64,000 nucleotides of DNA from Anaerolineales bacterium (lineage in GTDB: Bacteria > Chloroflexota > Anaerolineae > Anaerolineales > UBA4823): the NCBI GenBank assembly GCA_020060465.1, contig JAGVAD010000005.1, positions 46,003-110,002 on the forward strand, given 5' to 3'. This document shows positions 44,738 to 55,063 of this stretch, piece after piece (within the stretch, counting starts at the first letter, position 1; each line of letters begins with the position of its first letter). The notes under the pieces were generated by a model. The model was not told the origin of the DNA. It worked only from the letters and a program-made list of their open reading frames with translations, and ran no database searches. The translations under genes were made by a program, and so were the position numbers.

Positions 44738-46942
44738 TCAATCGGTTGCGGATCCAGGCTCAGAAGATTGCGGCGGGACGAAAAATAAGCGAAAGTCTTT
44801 GGTTGGCGTCTTCGACGGATAGAAAGACAACCAGCCTTGCGGATACATCTGGCGCAGGGCGTCCGCCGCTGCCTGATCGTCTTTGTTGAGGATAAATAAC
44901 TTGGCGCGCGTATCCGGCAGAGTGGTCTCCAGTTCCTGAACGAATAACTCATAATCTCTTCCGGGGAAACCGGCATTCAACGCCACCAGGCGGGTATCTA
45001 CCCAATGGGGATAACCCATCACCCAGACAGTATCTGGGCTTCCAATGGTTTCGGCAAACTCTTTGGCGATGGCGCCGATTTCGGAAGAGTTCCAGGAAGC
45101 CATACGGTATTGTTGATAATAATCGTCAAAGACCAGTTGATAATCCTGAATGGCCGCCAGACCCAGGAGCAGAACGGCGAGCGCCCAGGCCAGGCGCGCG
45201 CCCTCTGGGGTTTTGATCCCCGCTTGAATGCTGTTAATCAGCCCATCCAGGGCAAAGCCAGCCATCAGAAACACGGGGATCATCGCCCCTCCGGCGCGAT
45301 ACAGGTTGGGGTTTTCGGCGGGGAAAGCCAACGCCAACGTGGAAGGGATCTGTAGCAATGGGATAGAGATCAGCAAGAACAGATCCAGCCAATTGCGCCT
45401 TTTTATATAACGTATCAACAGCGCGGCTGCGCCCAGGTAAAACAACCCTCCAGCGATGACGCCCAGCGCCGGACGGTGCGGTATCGAAATCGGCCAGATT
45501 TCGCCGTTATCCACGCTGAACATCCCCAACGCCCGCCAGGTGTTCTTGAGAAAAATCCAGACCGCCGGCGCTTCCAGCGGACGCTCCACGTCGCCGATGC
45601 GCGACAGGGTGCGAAACAAAAAGGCATCCGGCTGCGCCAGGCCGTAGCGCAACATGGGCAGGAATAATGCCAGGCTGACGGCCACCACCGCCAGCAGCGA
45701 AACGACGACGAAACGCAGGCGCGTCATAGAACGATGGTGAAGCAGATATAACCCAAAGGCTATCACCGTTACGAGCGGCAAAATGCGATCCGGCGTATAA
45801 CCGTAGAACCCGATTCCCAGCGCTGCGCCAGCCAGGATAAAGTCATTTCGCTTGCCGGTGCGCAAGCCGCGCGCCAGGTAATAGAGGGTCGCCGCTGTGA
45901 ATAGAAAATAGAAAGGCAAGCGCAGGCCAAAACGCGAGACGACGTTCGGCCAATAGGCTACCCCTGCCAACAAAGTCGCCAGCCAGGCAACCCGTCGCCC
46001 GCCCAGTTCGACGCCCAAGCCAAAGAGGAAGGGCAGCGCAGCCAGGCCGATCAATACTGAGGTCAATTTGAGCAACATAAAGCCCAAAGGAATGTTGAAC
46101 CATATATGAAGAGCGGCGTTCAGGTAAAAAATCAGCGCCTCGCGCCCGCCGTTGGTGGGGAAAAAGATCAGGTGCTGACCGTTCAGCACATGCAGCACAT
46201 CCAGGATTTTCTCGGCATGGTCACTGTTCATCTCCGGCGGCACTTCCCCCAGGCGATAAAAGCGGAAGAACAAAATCGCTGCAACCGCCAGACATCCGGC
46301 GAGGGTTTGAAGGTTTATGGTAATCGTCCAACTGGGGAGACGGAACATTGCTCGCAGACGATCCTGCCAGGTTGGGGCGTTGGACGGCGAAACCCAGAAC
46401 GCCCGCACGATGAACGCAAGTCCGGCGAGCAGCAGGCCAAGATTAAGCGGGTTGAATTCCAGCCCGCCAAAAGCTGCGAAAGCGATGACCAACAGAGCCA
46501 GCCCTGCCGCCAGGTCGAATAGATTGAGCACCGGCGGGTCGAGCGTTTCCGCGCTCGGCCTGGGCGATGCAGCCTGCCATTCACCGCTCGCGGCAGCCCA
46601 GGTCAACGCGCCTGCAGCCAGCATCAAAAAAACGCCCCCCACCATCAGAAACGGGCTATCACCCAACCCCATACTCGCCTGAGCGAATAACGCCAGTAAA
46701 AGGGCGGTGATGCTCTTCAAGGGCAGGCGACGCACCTCCATAGGAGATTCTTCAGCTTGCGGAGGTTTAGGTTTCCGCGCAAGCTCAGCAGGAGGCGCTT
46801 CAGGCTCCGGCGGCAGTTCGACGCGCGGATATTTCTGCGGTCTCAGTCGCGATTTGATGTAATCCAGAATGCTGGGTTCTTCCATAAGCTTTCGTTGAGG
46901 CGCGGCGCGACCTTTCAGACCCCTGATTATAAACCAATCCAC
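44738..46942 (-). CDS. GT39/ArnT-like (PMT_2) polytopic glycosyltransferase-family membrane protein
   Basis: 734 aa. A cytoplasmic Pro/Glu-rich N-terminus is followed by more than 12 TM helices, with MNSDHAEKILDV...FFPTNGGREALIFYL in the first loop region. Confidence 0.55.
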   Translation of the reverse strand: MDWFIIRGLKGRAAPQRKLMEEPSILDYIKSRLRPQKYPRVELPPEPEAPPAELARKPKPPQAEESPMEVRRLPLKSITALLLALFAQASMGLGDSPFLMVGGVFLMLAAGALTWAAASGEWQAASPRPSAETLDPPVLNLFDLAAGLALLVIAFAAFGGLEFNPLNLGLLLAGLAFIVRAFWVSPSNAPTWQDRLRAMFRLPSWTITINLQTLAGCLAVAAILFFRFYRLGEVPPEMNSDHAEKILDVLHVLNGQHLIFFPTNGGREALIFYLNAALHIWFNIPLGFMLLKLTSVLIGLAALPFLFGLGVELGGRRVAWLATLLAGVAYWPNVVSRFGLRLPFYFLFTAATLYYLARGLRTGKRNDFILAGAALGIGFYGYTPDRILPLVTVIAFGLYLLHHRSMTRLRFVVVSLLAVVAVSLALFLPMLRYGLAQPDAFLFRTLSRIGDVERPLEAPAVWIFLKNTWRALGMFSVDNGEIWPISIPHRPALGVIAGGLFYLGAAALLIRYIKRRNWLDLFLLISIPLLQIPSTLALAFPAENPNLYRAGGAMIPVFLMAGFALDGLINSIQAGIKTPEGARLAWALAVLLLGLAAIQDYQLVFDDYYQQYRMASWNSSEIGAIAKEFAETIGSPDTVWVMGYPHWVDTRLVALNAGFPGRDYELFVQELETTLPDTRAKLFILNKDDQAAADALRQMYPQGWLSFYPSKTPTKDFRLFFVPPQSSEPGSATD

Positions 46943-46943
46943 C

Positions 46944-47747
46944 TTATAACTTACGGGCGATGTAAAAAGTGCAGACCCCGTCGGCGCATTCTTGCGGAAA
47001 ATAACGACGGCGGGTATAGCGTTCGGTCAACCCCAGATTCCAGCGTTGAGGAACCAATATCCATCGCCCGGTGAGCCAGTGGCTAACCAGCGATGGCAGG
47101 CCGAAATAATGTCCCCATTCGGTGACATGCAAAGCCTGCGGGGGGTAATAATGCCAGTATTGTTCCAAAGCAAAGCCGCAGCGTTCCAGCCTGGCCTGCC
47201 AGACTTCGGGCGGATCGCAGTGATAATGGCGCGAAATACGGTTGAAGAAACTTCGATAAGCATCCGCCAATGGGCGCAAACGCGCCTGATCCAGGAAGTT
47301 GCTCACCGATAAATTCGCCAGGAAGCGGTCATTGGGGCCGCAGAAGACAAAGGGAGCGCCCGGCTTGAGCACCCGCGCCGTTTCCGCCAGCACATTCTCC
47401 ACCTGGGGGATATGCTCCAACACCGAATTGCTTAATGCGCTGCCAAAAACACTATCGGGAAATGGCATACGCTGACCATCGCCCAGCGTCAACAAGCGAT
47501 AACTTTGGCGCCGGCGCGCCTCGGCCATGGGTTTCGGCCAGGGATCAATGCCCACATCAATGGGTTGATCGAAGGCCACGCTGGCGAAGTGACCGTCGCC
47601 GCTGCCCACGTCCAGGATCGGGCGGGGTAAGTCTATGCGAGTGTAGAAGCTGGCTTCCACGGCGCGCATCAATGCGCGGAAGTAAGGCAACTCCCGCAAG
47701 TGAAGCCAGAGAAAGTCTTTGGATTGCGCCGGTTGCATTGCGTCCAT
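46944..47747 (-). CDS. class I SAM-dependent methyltransferase
   Basis: Motif I ILDVGSGDGHF, plus post-I and motif II spacing (Methyltransf_11-like). Confidence 0.7.
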   Translation of the reverse strand: MDAMQPAQSKDFLWLHLRELPYFRALMRAVEASFYTRIDLPRPILDVGSGDGHFASVAFDQPIDVGIDPWPKPMAEARRRQSYRLLTLGDGQRMPFPDSVFGSALSNSVLEHIPQVENVLAETARVLKPGAPFVFCGPNDRFLANLSVSNFLDQARLRPLADAYRSFFNRISRHYHCDPPEVWQARLERCGFALEQYWHYYPPQALHVTEWGHYFGLPSLVSHWLTGRWILVPQRWNLGLTERYTRRRYFPQECADGVCTFYIARKL

Positions 47748-47753
47748 GTCGGA

Positions 47754-48950
47754 TTAGAGATTGGGTTGTTGCCGTGCGGCAAGATACGCTCGCACTTTTG
47801 CTCCGCTGCGCGCCAGTTCGAAAACCCTTTCATATTCTTCGGCCACAGCTTGCGGCGTGGAAAGGCGCAGGAGATTTTCCGGCTGGCCGCGAAAGCGCTT
47901 GGGGTTTTCCAGGATGGCGATGATCGCCTCGGCCAACGCCTGGCTGTCTCGTACGGGGACAACCAGGCCGGCGCCGGTCTTGGTCGCCGGTACACGCACC
48001 CCCGGCAGGTCGGAAGCCACCACTGGAGCGCCGCAGCTTATCGCTTCTACCTGTACCATGCCAAACGACTCGGTGCTGTTCAGGCTGGGCAGCGCCAACA
48101 CCTCGCACTCATGAAAGAAAACAGCCATTTCCTCCGGCGAGGCAACTCCCAAAAAAGTCCAGTGATCTTTGAGCGGCTCAATCATTGAGAGCACACGCTG
48201 TCCATATTCTTCTTCGCCGACCACGTTCTGGTAAGGACCGACAAAAAGCACTCGCGCCTGGGGGAAACGTTCTAAAACCCGCGGCAACGCCTGAACCAGA
48301 ACCTCTACGCCCTTTTCAGTCGCCAGGCGGGCTGCCATGCCAATCACCCGTTGATCAGGTCGGATGGCGTATTTTTCCCGAAAAGCGGCGCGCTGCGCAG
48401 CGGTGACGGGTTCCAGTTCCACCGGCGGGTAAATCGGCAGCAGTTTATCCAAATAATGGCGCAGGAAAGGCGAATGTTCCGCGTAATCGCGAGTATTGTG
48501 TACGATCACGTTCGCTGCCCTGGCGGCAATATGATTGGTGAGGTTAGAGACGCGGTTGGCAATGGAATGGATGAAGCCGCGCGGCAGAAGCAGGTCGCAG
48601 TGATAGGTCAACACCACCGGCTTGCCTAGCAGACGGCTGAGCAATGCGATATAGGCGGCGTCGAACTGCGGCACGTGCAGATTTACCACATCAGCCTGCC
48701 GCGCCAGTTTCCATGCCCAGATGGGCATGGCCGGCATGATGACGCCTTTGCTGATGTGGAACAGCACATCTGGGCGAACCACCTGCACGCCATCGCAGAT
48801 TTCACGCTGCAACAGGCGTTTATCAAAACGCGAGGTGAGAATGGTAACCTGATGGCCGCGCGCCGCCAGCGCGCGCGCCTGGCGCTCGGCGTAGATCGTC
48901 AAACCCGAATAATGGGGGCGATAATAAGTCAACGCAATCAAAATACGCAT
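47754..48950 (-). CDS. glycosyltransferase family 4 (GT-B, group 1)
   Basis: An N-terminal YYRPHYSGLT segment and a C-terminal EX7E-type region ESFGMVQVEAISCGAPVVASDLPG. Confidence 0.75.
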   Translation of the reverse strand: MRILIALTYYRPHYSGLTIYAERQARALAARGHQVTILTSRFDKRLLQREICDGVQVVRPDVLFHISKGVIMPAMPIWAWKLARQADVVNLHVPQFDAAYIALLSRLLGKPVVLTYHCDLLLPRGFIHSIANRVSNLTNHIAARAANVIVHNTRDYAEHSPFLRHYLDKLLPIYPPVELEPVTAAQRAAFREKYAIRPDQRVIGMAARLATEKGVEVLVQALPRVLERFPQARVLFVGPYQNVVGEEEYGQRVLSMIEPLKDHWTFLGVASPEEMAVFFHECEVLALPSLNSTESFGMVQVEAISCGAPVVASDLPGVRVPATKTGAGLVVPVRDSQALAEAIIAILENPKRFRGQPENLLRLSTPQAVAEEYERVFELARSGAKVRAYLAARQQPNL

Positions 48951-48956
48951 AAAAAA

Positions 48957-49973
48957 TTAATCGGATTCTCCTGGCTTGGGGGGCGAGATTTGGCGCACTT
49001 CACGAAAGACTCCAGATAATGTGAGACCGTCTTTCAGCAAAGCAAACGCGCCGATCACGCCGGTGATTAAATAATTCGTCAGGTGCGCCGTCAGAGCCGC
49101 CGCCAGAGCAGTGGAAGCATCCAGCTTGAAGGCTGAGAGAGCGCCCATAATGGCAAGCTCCAACACGCCCACCGCCCCAGGCGATGACGGCGCAGCAATG
49201 CCCAAAGCCATCACGCTCACCGTGAACGGCGCCCAGAGCAAGCGTGCTTGGGGGAAAAAAGCGCGCAGCAGCACATAAAATTGGCCGACGGCAATCGCCC
49301 AGTTCAGCGTCATCAAAAAGAGCGCTTTTAAGAAACGCTGACCATCCACCAGAGCGGCTAATCCGGCGAAGAAAGCGTCTAATTGTTGTGCTCCGATAAA
49401 TCTGCGCAAGATGGGCAGGCGCACAGAGAGCGCCTCGAACTGTCGAGAAGTCCAGGCTTGATTGCGCGCCAGCAAATGCAGTCCAAACAGACCTGCCAGC
49501 ACCAATGCCCCGGCGCTGATCGCCGCTTCTCTGGCAAGGCCGCCGCCGACGACAAAGGGCAGCGTAGTCAAAAGCAGCCCGGCCGCAAAGGCGACATCCA
49601 TCGCCCGTTCGATCAGCACGGTCGAAACCACCTGCAGAAACTCCAGGTTTGCCTTGCGGCCAAGCAGAAAAGCGCGCCCAACTTCTCCCAAACGGAAGGG
49701 CAGCAGGTTGTTCAGCAGATAACCTTCGTTTAAAGTCAAAAATACCTGGCTATAGCTGGCTTGTTCTTGCAGCAAGGCGCGCCAGACCAGACCGCGTACC
49801 CCGATCCACACCAGGCTGATGAGGAATAATAAGGCAATGTAGCCATAGTCAGCCAGTTGCAGCGCCTGCCCCAGGCGCTGGAAGTCAACCCAATAAAAGA
49901 TGACCGCCAACGCTAACAGGCTTACAGCAATGCCGGGGAGTATTTTTCGCCAGTCCTGCCGCGTCAAGCTCAT
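48957..49973 (-). CDS. UPF0104 / LPG-synthase-TM-like (flippase-like) membrane protein
   Basis: 338 aa with about 8 TM helices. The pattern LNNLLPFRLGEVGRAFLLGRK is typical of this family. Confidence 0.55.
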   Translation of the reverse strand: MSLTRQDWRKILPGIAVSLLALAVIFYWVDFQRLGQALQLADYGYIALLFLISLVWIGVRGLVWRALLQEQASYSQVFLTLNEGYLLNNLLPFRLGEVGRAFLLGRKANLEFLQVVSTVLIERAMDVAFAAGLLLTTLPFVVGGGLAREAAISAGALVLAGLFGLHLLARNQAWTSRQFEALSVRLPILRRFIGAQQLDAFFAGLAALVDGQRFLKALFLMTLNWAIAVGQFYVLLRAFFPQARLLWAPFTVSVMALGIAAPSSPGAVGVLELAIMGALSAFKLDASTALAAALTAHLTNYLITGVIGAFALLKDGLTLSGVFREVRQISPPKPGESD

Positions 49974-49980
49974 GCCCGGG

Positions 49981-51783
49981 CTAATCCTCTTGCAGACGCA
50001 GCACCGCTAAGAAGGCTTCTTGAGGGATTTCGACGTTGCCCACCATCTTCATGCGCTTTTTACCGCGCTTTTGTTTTTCCAGCAGTTTTTTCTTACGGGT
50101 GATGTCGCCGCCGTAGCATTTGGCAAGCACATCTTTACGCAGCGCCTTGACGTTGGCGCGTGAGATGACCCGTCCGCCAGCGTACGCCTGAATGGGGACG
50201 ACGAACAACTGCTGCGGGATAATATCTTTGAGTTTGGAGATCGCCGCCTGACCTTTGTGATAAGCATCTTCGCGATGAACAATCGTCGCCAGGGCGTCCA
50301 CCGGCTCTTCGTTCACCAGGATTTCCAGTTTCACCAGATCTTCCGGGCGATATTCAGCAAATTGATAATCCAATGAAGCATAACCGCGCGTCTTTGATTT
50401 CAGTTGATCGAAGAAATTCACAATTAGTTCGGAGAGCGGAATTTCAAACTGTAACAGCACGCGGTTCGGAGCCGGGTATTCCTGGCCGGTAAAGACGGCG
50501 CGCCGTTGGGTGGCCAGCTCCATCACCACCCCATAAAATTCGGTCGGGGTAAAAATCTGGATTTTCATCCACGGCTCGCGGATTTCGGCGATCAAATCCT
50601 CTTTAGGCAGTTCAGCCGGAGAGTCGATCGTGATGACCTCGCCGTTGCGCATCAGCACCTCATATTCCACCGAAGGCGCAGTAAACACAACATCCAGGTC
50701 ATATTCCCGCTCCAGCCTTTCCTGGATGATCTCCATGTGGAACATACCCAGGAAACCGCAGCGGAAGCCAAACCCCAGCGCCTGCGAGGTCTCTGGCTCG
50801 AAAACCAGCGAGGCGTCGTTGAGTTGCAGCTTCTCTAATGCATCTTTCAAATCTTGATAATCGTCGGCTTCGGACGGATAGACGCCAGCAAAGACCATCG
50901 GCTTGACCTTGCGGTAACCGGGCAGTGGTTCCGGCGCCGGACGAGCAGCCAGCGTAATCGTATCGCCTACGCGACATTCGCGCACCGTTTTCAGCCCCGT
51001 GGCGATATAGCCCACTTCGCCGGCGGAAAGCTGCCCGGTTGTGTGCAGGTCAGGCGCAAAGACGCCGATCTCCACCGGTTTGAGCGTGGCGCCGCTGGCC
51101 ATCAACAACAAGGTGTCGGTCGGACATACCTCGCCATCCATTACACGTACATAGGCCACCACGCCTTTGTATGGGTCATAATGCGAGTCAAATATTAGAG
51201 CGCGTAATGGGGACTGCACATCCCCCCTGGGCGGTGGTACATGCTGAACAATCGCCTCCAGCACCGCCTCTATATTCAGCCCGGCTTTTGCCGAAATGCG
51301 CAAAATTTGTTCGGCGGGCGTCCCCAGCAGATTGCTAATCTCCTCAGCCACTTCATCCGGTCGGGCGGAAGGCAAATCAATCTTGTTGATGACCGGAATG
51401 ATTTCCAGGTCCGACTCAAGCGCCAGGTACAGGTTCGCCAGCGTTTGGGCTTCAACGCCCTGTGAGGCGTCCACCACCAGCAAAGCGCCCTCACAGGCTG
51501 CCAGGGCGCGGCTGACTTCATAGCCAAAATCAACGTGACCCGGGGTATCAATCAGGTTTAGCTCATAGGTTTTGCTATCTTGAGCGGTATAGCTCATGCG
51601 CACCGCCGAAGCCTTAATCGTCACGCCCTTCTCGCGCTCTAAATCCATGCTGTCCAGCACTTGCTCGGTCATCTCTCGCTCAGAAATCGTGCCGGTCAGT
51701 TGCAGCAGGCGGTCTGCCAGGGTGGATTTGCCGTGGTCAATATGCGCGATAATGCAGAAATTGCGGATATGCTCAAGATTCAT
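49981..51783 (-). CDS. lepA: translation elongation factor 4
   Basis: [30 protein letters not shown] and NKIDL, plus the LepA-specific C-terminus. The start is at ATG 51783. Confidence 0.95.
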   Translation of the reverse strand: MNLEHIRNFCIIAHIDHGKSTLADRLLQLTGTISEREMTEQVLDSMDLEREKGVTIKASAVRMSYTAQDSKTYELNLIDTPGHVDFGYEVSRALAACEGALLVVDASQGVEAQTLANLYLALESDLEIIPVINKIDLPSARPDEVAEEISNLLGTPAEQILRISAKAGLNIEAVLEAIVQHVPPPRGDVQSPLRALIFDSHYDPYKGVVAYVRVMDGEVCPTDTLLLMASGATLKPVEIGVFAPDLHTTGQLSAGEVGYIATGLKTVRECRVGDTITLAARPAPEPLPGYRKVKPMVFAGVYPSEADDYQDLKDALEKLQLNDASLVFEPETSQALGFGFRCGFLGMFHMEIIQERLEREYDLDVVFTAPSVEYEVLMRNGEVITIDSPAELPKEDLIAEIREPWMKIQIFTPTEFYGVVMELATQRRAVFTGQEYPAPNRVLLQFEIPLSELIVNFFDQLKSKTRGYASLDYQFAEYRPEDLVKLEILVNEEPVDALATIVHREDAYHKGQAAISKLKDIIPQQLFVVPIQAYAGGRVISRANVKALRKDVLAKCYGGDITRKKKLLEKQKRGKKRMKMVGNVEIPQEAFLAVLRLQED

Positions 51784-51875
51784 AGACGAATAGCAAGTAT
51801 ACCTTGATTTGGTCGGCAATCGTTAAAATAAAGCTAAAGTTTTGCGCGCCCGGATTGGATTTAAAATGCCGCAAG

Positions 51876-52814
51876 TCACGCTGGCAGGCGACCATCTCCT
51901 GCCACAGTTTGCAGGATCGCCGGCGCAATATGGGTCAAATCCTTCAGCCCAGCAGTAAAGCGGCGGCGCGCCGACCGGGCGCCGATCACCAAAGCAGGGG
52001 ATGGGTTTTCAGTATGCCGTCGCGTGCTCAGGTCTTCCAGATTGCCATGGTCGGAGGTAATCAAGATTAGCCCTGCTTCATCGTCCCAGTTTGTGAGCAA
52101 GCCCTCCAACACCTGGTCGAAGGTTTCCAGCAGCTCGCAAGCGGCGTCCATGTCCTGACCATGTCCGGCGTAGTCGCTCGGCCAATACTCAAACAGTGAA
52201 AAATCGCAACCCAACGCCAACCGCGCCAGACGTTCACCAGCGGCGCGCGGCGAAATGAGCGGCGCGTCTTTTAACCCCAATCGCTGTCGCAGCCCCAAAC
52301 CGGTGAAATCCGCGGCGATCGCCTCGCCGCGGCGCAGATCATCCATATCTCGCAACATCAAACCAGCGCGCGTGGCTGCCAGCGCAATCGCAGCGTAAAT
52401 CCGGCGGCCGGATTCGATGGCGGCAAAGTATCCTGGCGGATAAGCGTTTAGAAAAGCTGTACAGCGTCCGGCGGCTTTAAGGCGGGCAAAAAGGTTGCCA
52501 TTGGAGACCAGGCTGGCAACCTGCGGGTTCGGTTTGGGGCCATAGTGATAGCCCAGTTCGCGGGGAACGTTGCGCCCAGTGAGCAGCGTGGCCTGACCAG
52601 TGGCGGATTGCGGCAGACCAGAGACGCCCAGACAGGCATCCAGGGCGAGCAGCGAGGCGCGCCTTCCTTCAAACGGCGCGGCGTCTGCCAACAAGCGGCG
52701 GCCCTCCAGCAGCGCTTCCAGCGCCGGCATTCGGGCGCGGGCGAAAGGGTTGATCTGTGGGTCATCTTTACCCAGACCAACCCCATCCATGAACAGAAAT
52801 AGCAGTTTCATCAT
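51876..52814 (-). CDS. metalloenzyme-domain protein (alkaline-phosphatase superfamily; iPGM/phosphopentomutase-like)
   Basis: N-terminal LFLFMDGVGLG and C-terminal ILITSDHGNLED metal-ligand motifs. Confidence 0.6.
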   Translation of the reverse strand: MMKLLFLFMDGVGLGKDDPQINPFARARMPALEALLEGRRLLADAAPFEGRRASLLALDACLGVSGLPQSATGQATLLTGRNVPRELGYHYGPKPNPQVASLVSNGNLFARLKAAGRCTAFLNAYPPGYFAAIESGRRIYAAIALAATRAGLMLRDMDDLRRGEAIAADFTGLGLRQRLGLKDAPLISPRAAGERLARLALGCDFSLFEYWPSDYAGHGQDMDAACELLETFDQVLEGLLTNWDDEAGLILITSDHGNLEDLSTRRHTENPSPALVIGARSARRRFTAGLKDLTHIAPAILQTVAGDGRLPA

Positions 52815-53407
52815 GGGTTGGTTTTTCGCTGAAAGGTAAACCAGGCTGAAGCCTGCTGGCGGCGGTCAACGCCCTCCTGACGAACGACCAATCTTAAATG
52901 TTTTTCCAGCAGCGCCACGTCTTCAGGGGTGATTCCATGGCCTCCTTCGTTGCCCAGGAAGCCATACAACATGTAAACGCCGTCTGGCGCCAGCAAGCCG
53001 GGCAGGTTTTCAATGTAGTTGCGTTTTCCGGCAGGCGTCAGGCTGTGAAAGCAGCCGATGTCCAGAATAAGATCAAATGGCCCAACGATGCCCTCCAGCC
53101 TGGCGACGTCCCCCTGGCGGAAATCCACCTGTACGCCCTCCAGGCGCGCCTTGCGCCGTGCAGCACGGATCGCTCGTCCGACAAAGTCCACGCCCACTGT
53201 CTGCCAACCGCATTTTGCCAGGGTGATGGCGTTGGTGCCGGTGCCGCAGCCCAAGTCCAGCGCTCTGCCAGGCGGATGGCTTTCGATAAATGCCAACAGC
53301 TCTGGCGGACTGACGCCCGTATCCCAGGGCGGTTTACGCAGATAGGATAGATAATAGAATAATTTTCGCTGAAAATTCATCGCCGCGCCTGTAGATCGCT
53401 CAACCAA
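52811..53407 (-). CDS. class I SAM-dependent methyltransferase
   Basis: Motif I ALDLGCGTGTNAITLA. The start may be ATG 53380. Confidence 0.7.
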   Translation of the reverse strand: MVERSTGAAMNFQRKLFYYLSYLRKPPWDTGVSPPELLAFIESHPPGRALDLGCGTGTNAITLAKCGWQTVGVDFVGRAIRAARRKARLEGVQVDFRQGDVARLEGIVGPFDLILDIGCFHSLTPAGKRNYIENLPGLLAPDGVYMLYGFLGNEGGHGITPEDVALLEKHLRLVVRQEGVDRRQQASAWFTFQRKTNP

Positions 53408-53477
53408 TCCAGATGATTTTACTACGGATTTGACCGAGAGTCTCAGTGCAGCCAGACGCGGGGCGTCTGTTCAAGGT

Positions 53478-54944
53478 TTATCCTGAACGCGCCTCTTGAA
53501 CGGCGCGCTGTTGGAAAGCGACCGCCATACGCTCGATCTCACGCGCCTGGTCAGCAGTAAGGACTTGCGGAGCGTGACGCGCCAGGATCTGACGCGCCGT
53601 CTCGTTGGCGCGTTGGCGGATGTCCTTGCCCTGATATAGCCGCTGCCATTCGTCCCACGCCACCCGCGTGGTTAGTTGAGGGTGCCATTGGTGGCGGCGA
53701 TAATTGCGCAGCGTATAGTCTTCGGTCAAGAACTGACCGCCCGGGCCAACGGCTTTGATCTGTTCCACGGCGAGCGTCTCAGGACCGATCTCAATGCCAT
53801 GCGCCAGGCGAAAGGCAGCGGTGAGGATCTCGTTGTCAATCACAGCCTGTTCGTAGCTGGAGGTCAACAATTGATCCATCATGCCAAAAGCCAGGTGGAT
53901 GAAATTTACCCCTGCCAGGCTCATCGGCACAGCCTGTAGCATGCGCTCATAACCCGCCTGACCATCCGGGATACAGCTATCCACGCCGCTGCCGCCCTGG
54001 AAGGGTAAGCCGTAAAAATGTGCCATCTGCGCGCTGGCGCAGTGCAACAGCACTGCCTCCGGGGAAGAGGCTACATAGCTGCCAGAACGCATGTTGAACC
54101 CGCCGGAGGCGACGGCAAAAATACACGGGTGGCCCGGGTTGAGCAACTGCATCAGGACGACCCCCGCCAGCACGTTGGCGGTGTGTTCCACCAAAGCGCC
54201 GGCGATCGTCACCGGGCCTGTGGAACCCATCATGTTGGTCGCTTCGAGCCAGACAGGGATGTGATAGCGGGCGCAGGTCATCATCTCTTGCACCCGGTCG
54301 GCGGGATGCACCAATGGAGAGATAAAGCAGATTACCATGCTGAAGACAGGTTGCCTCATCACCCCATCAACGCTTCCCTGGACGACTGCCGCCATTTTGA
54401 CCTGATCTTCGACGCTCTGCCCGCCCAGACCCTGTGAATAATAGTGCTTGCGAGAGTTTTGCATGATTGTGGAAAACAGGATGCGATCAAATCCGGCTTG
54501 CGGAATGTCCTGCGGCACGACCATGGCGTGCATGATATGCGCCTGTTCCAACGCATCAATCAAGCGGGTGAAATCAACCAGATCCTGCAAGGTTGCCGGA
54601 CGGTGGTTGCCATCCAAATCCAGGACGGAAAGCGCCGAAGAGCCAGCCACGGTGTACACGTCTTCCAGCGTCACCAGCACATCAAAAGCCTCATCTGGAG
54701 CGTGCAGACGGAAGTTTGACGGAGCAGTCTTCAAAGCGCTCATCAAGACTGCCTCAGGGATTTGCACCACGGATTGGTTGAAATCCACACGGCAGCCGGC
54801 CTGCTGATAAACTTCCAACGCCGGCCGCCATTCCACCCGCACGCCCACCTCTTCCAAGACGCGCAAAACCGCCTGGTGAACCTGATGCACCTCCTCCTGG
54901 CTCAAGAAATGCAACCAATTACTCCTAAGCGACCGAATGCTCAT
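53478..54944 (-). CDS. MttB-family (trimethylamine methyltransferase superfamily) protein, non-pyrrolysine type
   Basis: About 488 aa, uninterrupted. It has the family-typical N-terminus (LSQEEVHQVHQAVLRVLEEVGVRV) and TIM-barrel-length body. The start is at ATG 54944. Confidence 0.7.
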   Translation of the reverse strand: MSIRSLRSNWLHFLSQEEVHQVHQAVLRVLEEVGVRVEWRPALEVYQQAGCRVDFNQSVVQIPEAVLMSALKTAPSNFRLHAPDEAFDVLVTLEDVYTVAGSSALSVLDLDGNHRPATLQDLVDFTRLIDALEQAHIMHAMVVPQDIPQAGFDRILFSTIMQNSRKHYYSQGLGGQSVEDQVKMAAVVQGSVDGVMRQPVFSMVICFISPLVHPADRVQEMMTCARYHIPVWLEATNMMGSTGPVTIAGALVEHTANVLAGVVLMQLLNPGHPCIFAVASGGFNMRSGSYVASSPEAVLLHCASAQMAHFYGLPFQGGSGVDSCIPDGQAGYERMLQAVPMSLAGVNFIHLAFGMMDQLLTSSYEQAVIDNEILTAAFRLAHGIEIGPETLAVEQIKAVGPGGQFLTEDYTLRNYRRHQWHPQLTTRVAWDEWQRLYQGKDIRQRANETARQILARHAPQVLTADQAREIERMAVAFQQRAVQEARSG

Positions 54945-55024
54945 TGCGCCCTCCACAAATAAATGACTGAAATCCCGCTGGCCTCGCGACTTTGAGAAAG
55001 CCACACGCCTCGATCTACAGCGTC

Positions 55025-55053
55025 TTGACAGCCGCGCCAAATCGTGCTAAAGT
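55025..55053 (+). promoter_or_regulatory. candidate sigma70 promoter for the sugar ABC operon
   Basis: TTGACA (55025-55030), a 17-nt spacer, then TGC-TAAAGT, an extended -10 at 55045-55053. Confidence 0.45.
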
Positions 55054-55063
55054 GATTATACCC

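Noticed and set aside
53478-54944. In-frame amber (pyrrolysine) codon in the MttB-family gene
   Set aside because: The ORF is continuous with no internal TAG, and no pyl genes are visible. It is a non-Pyl family member.
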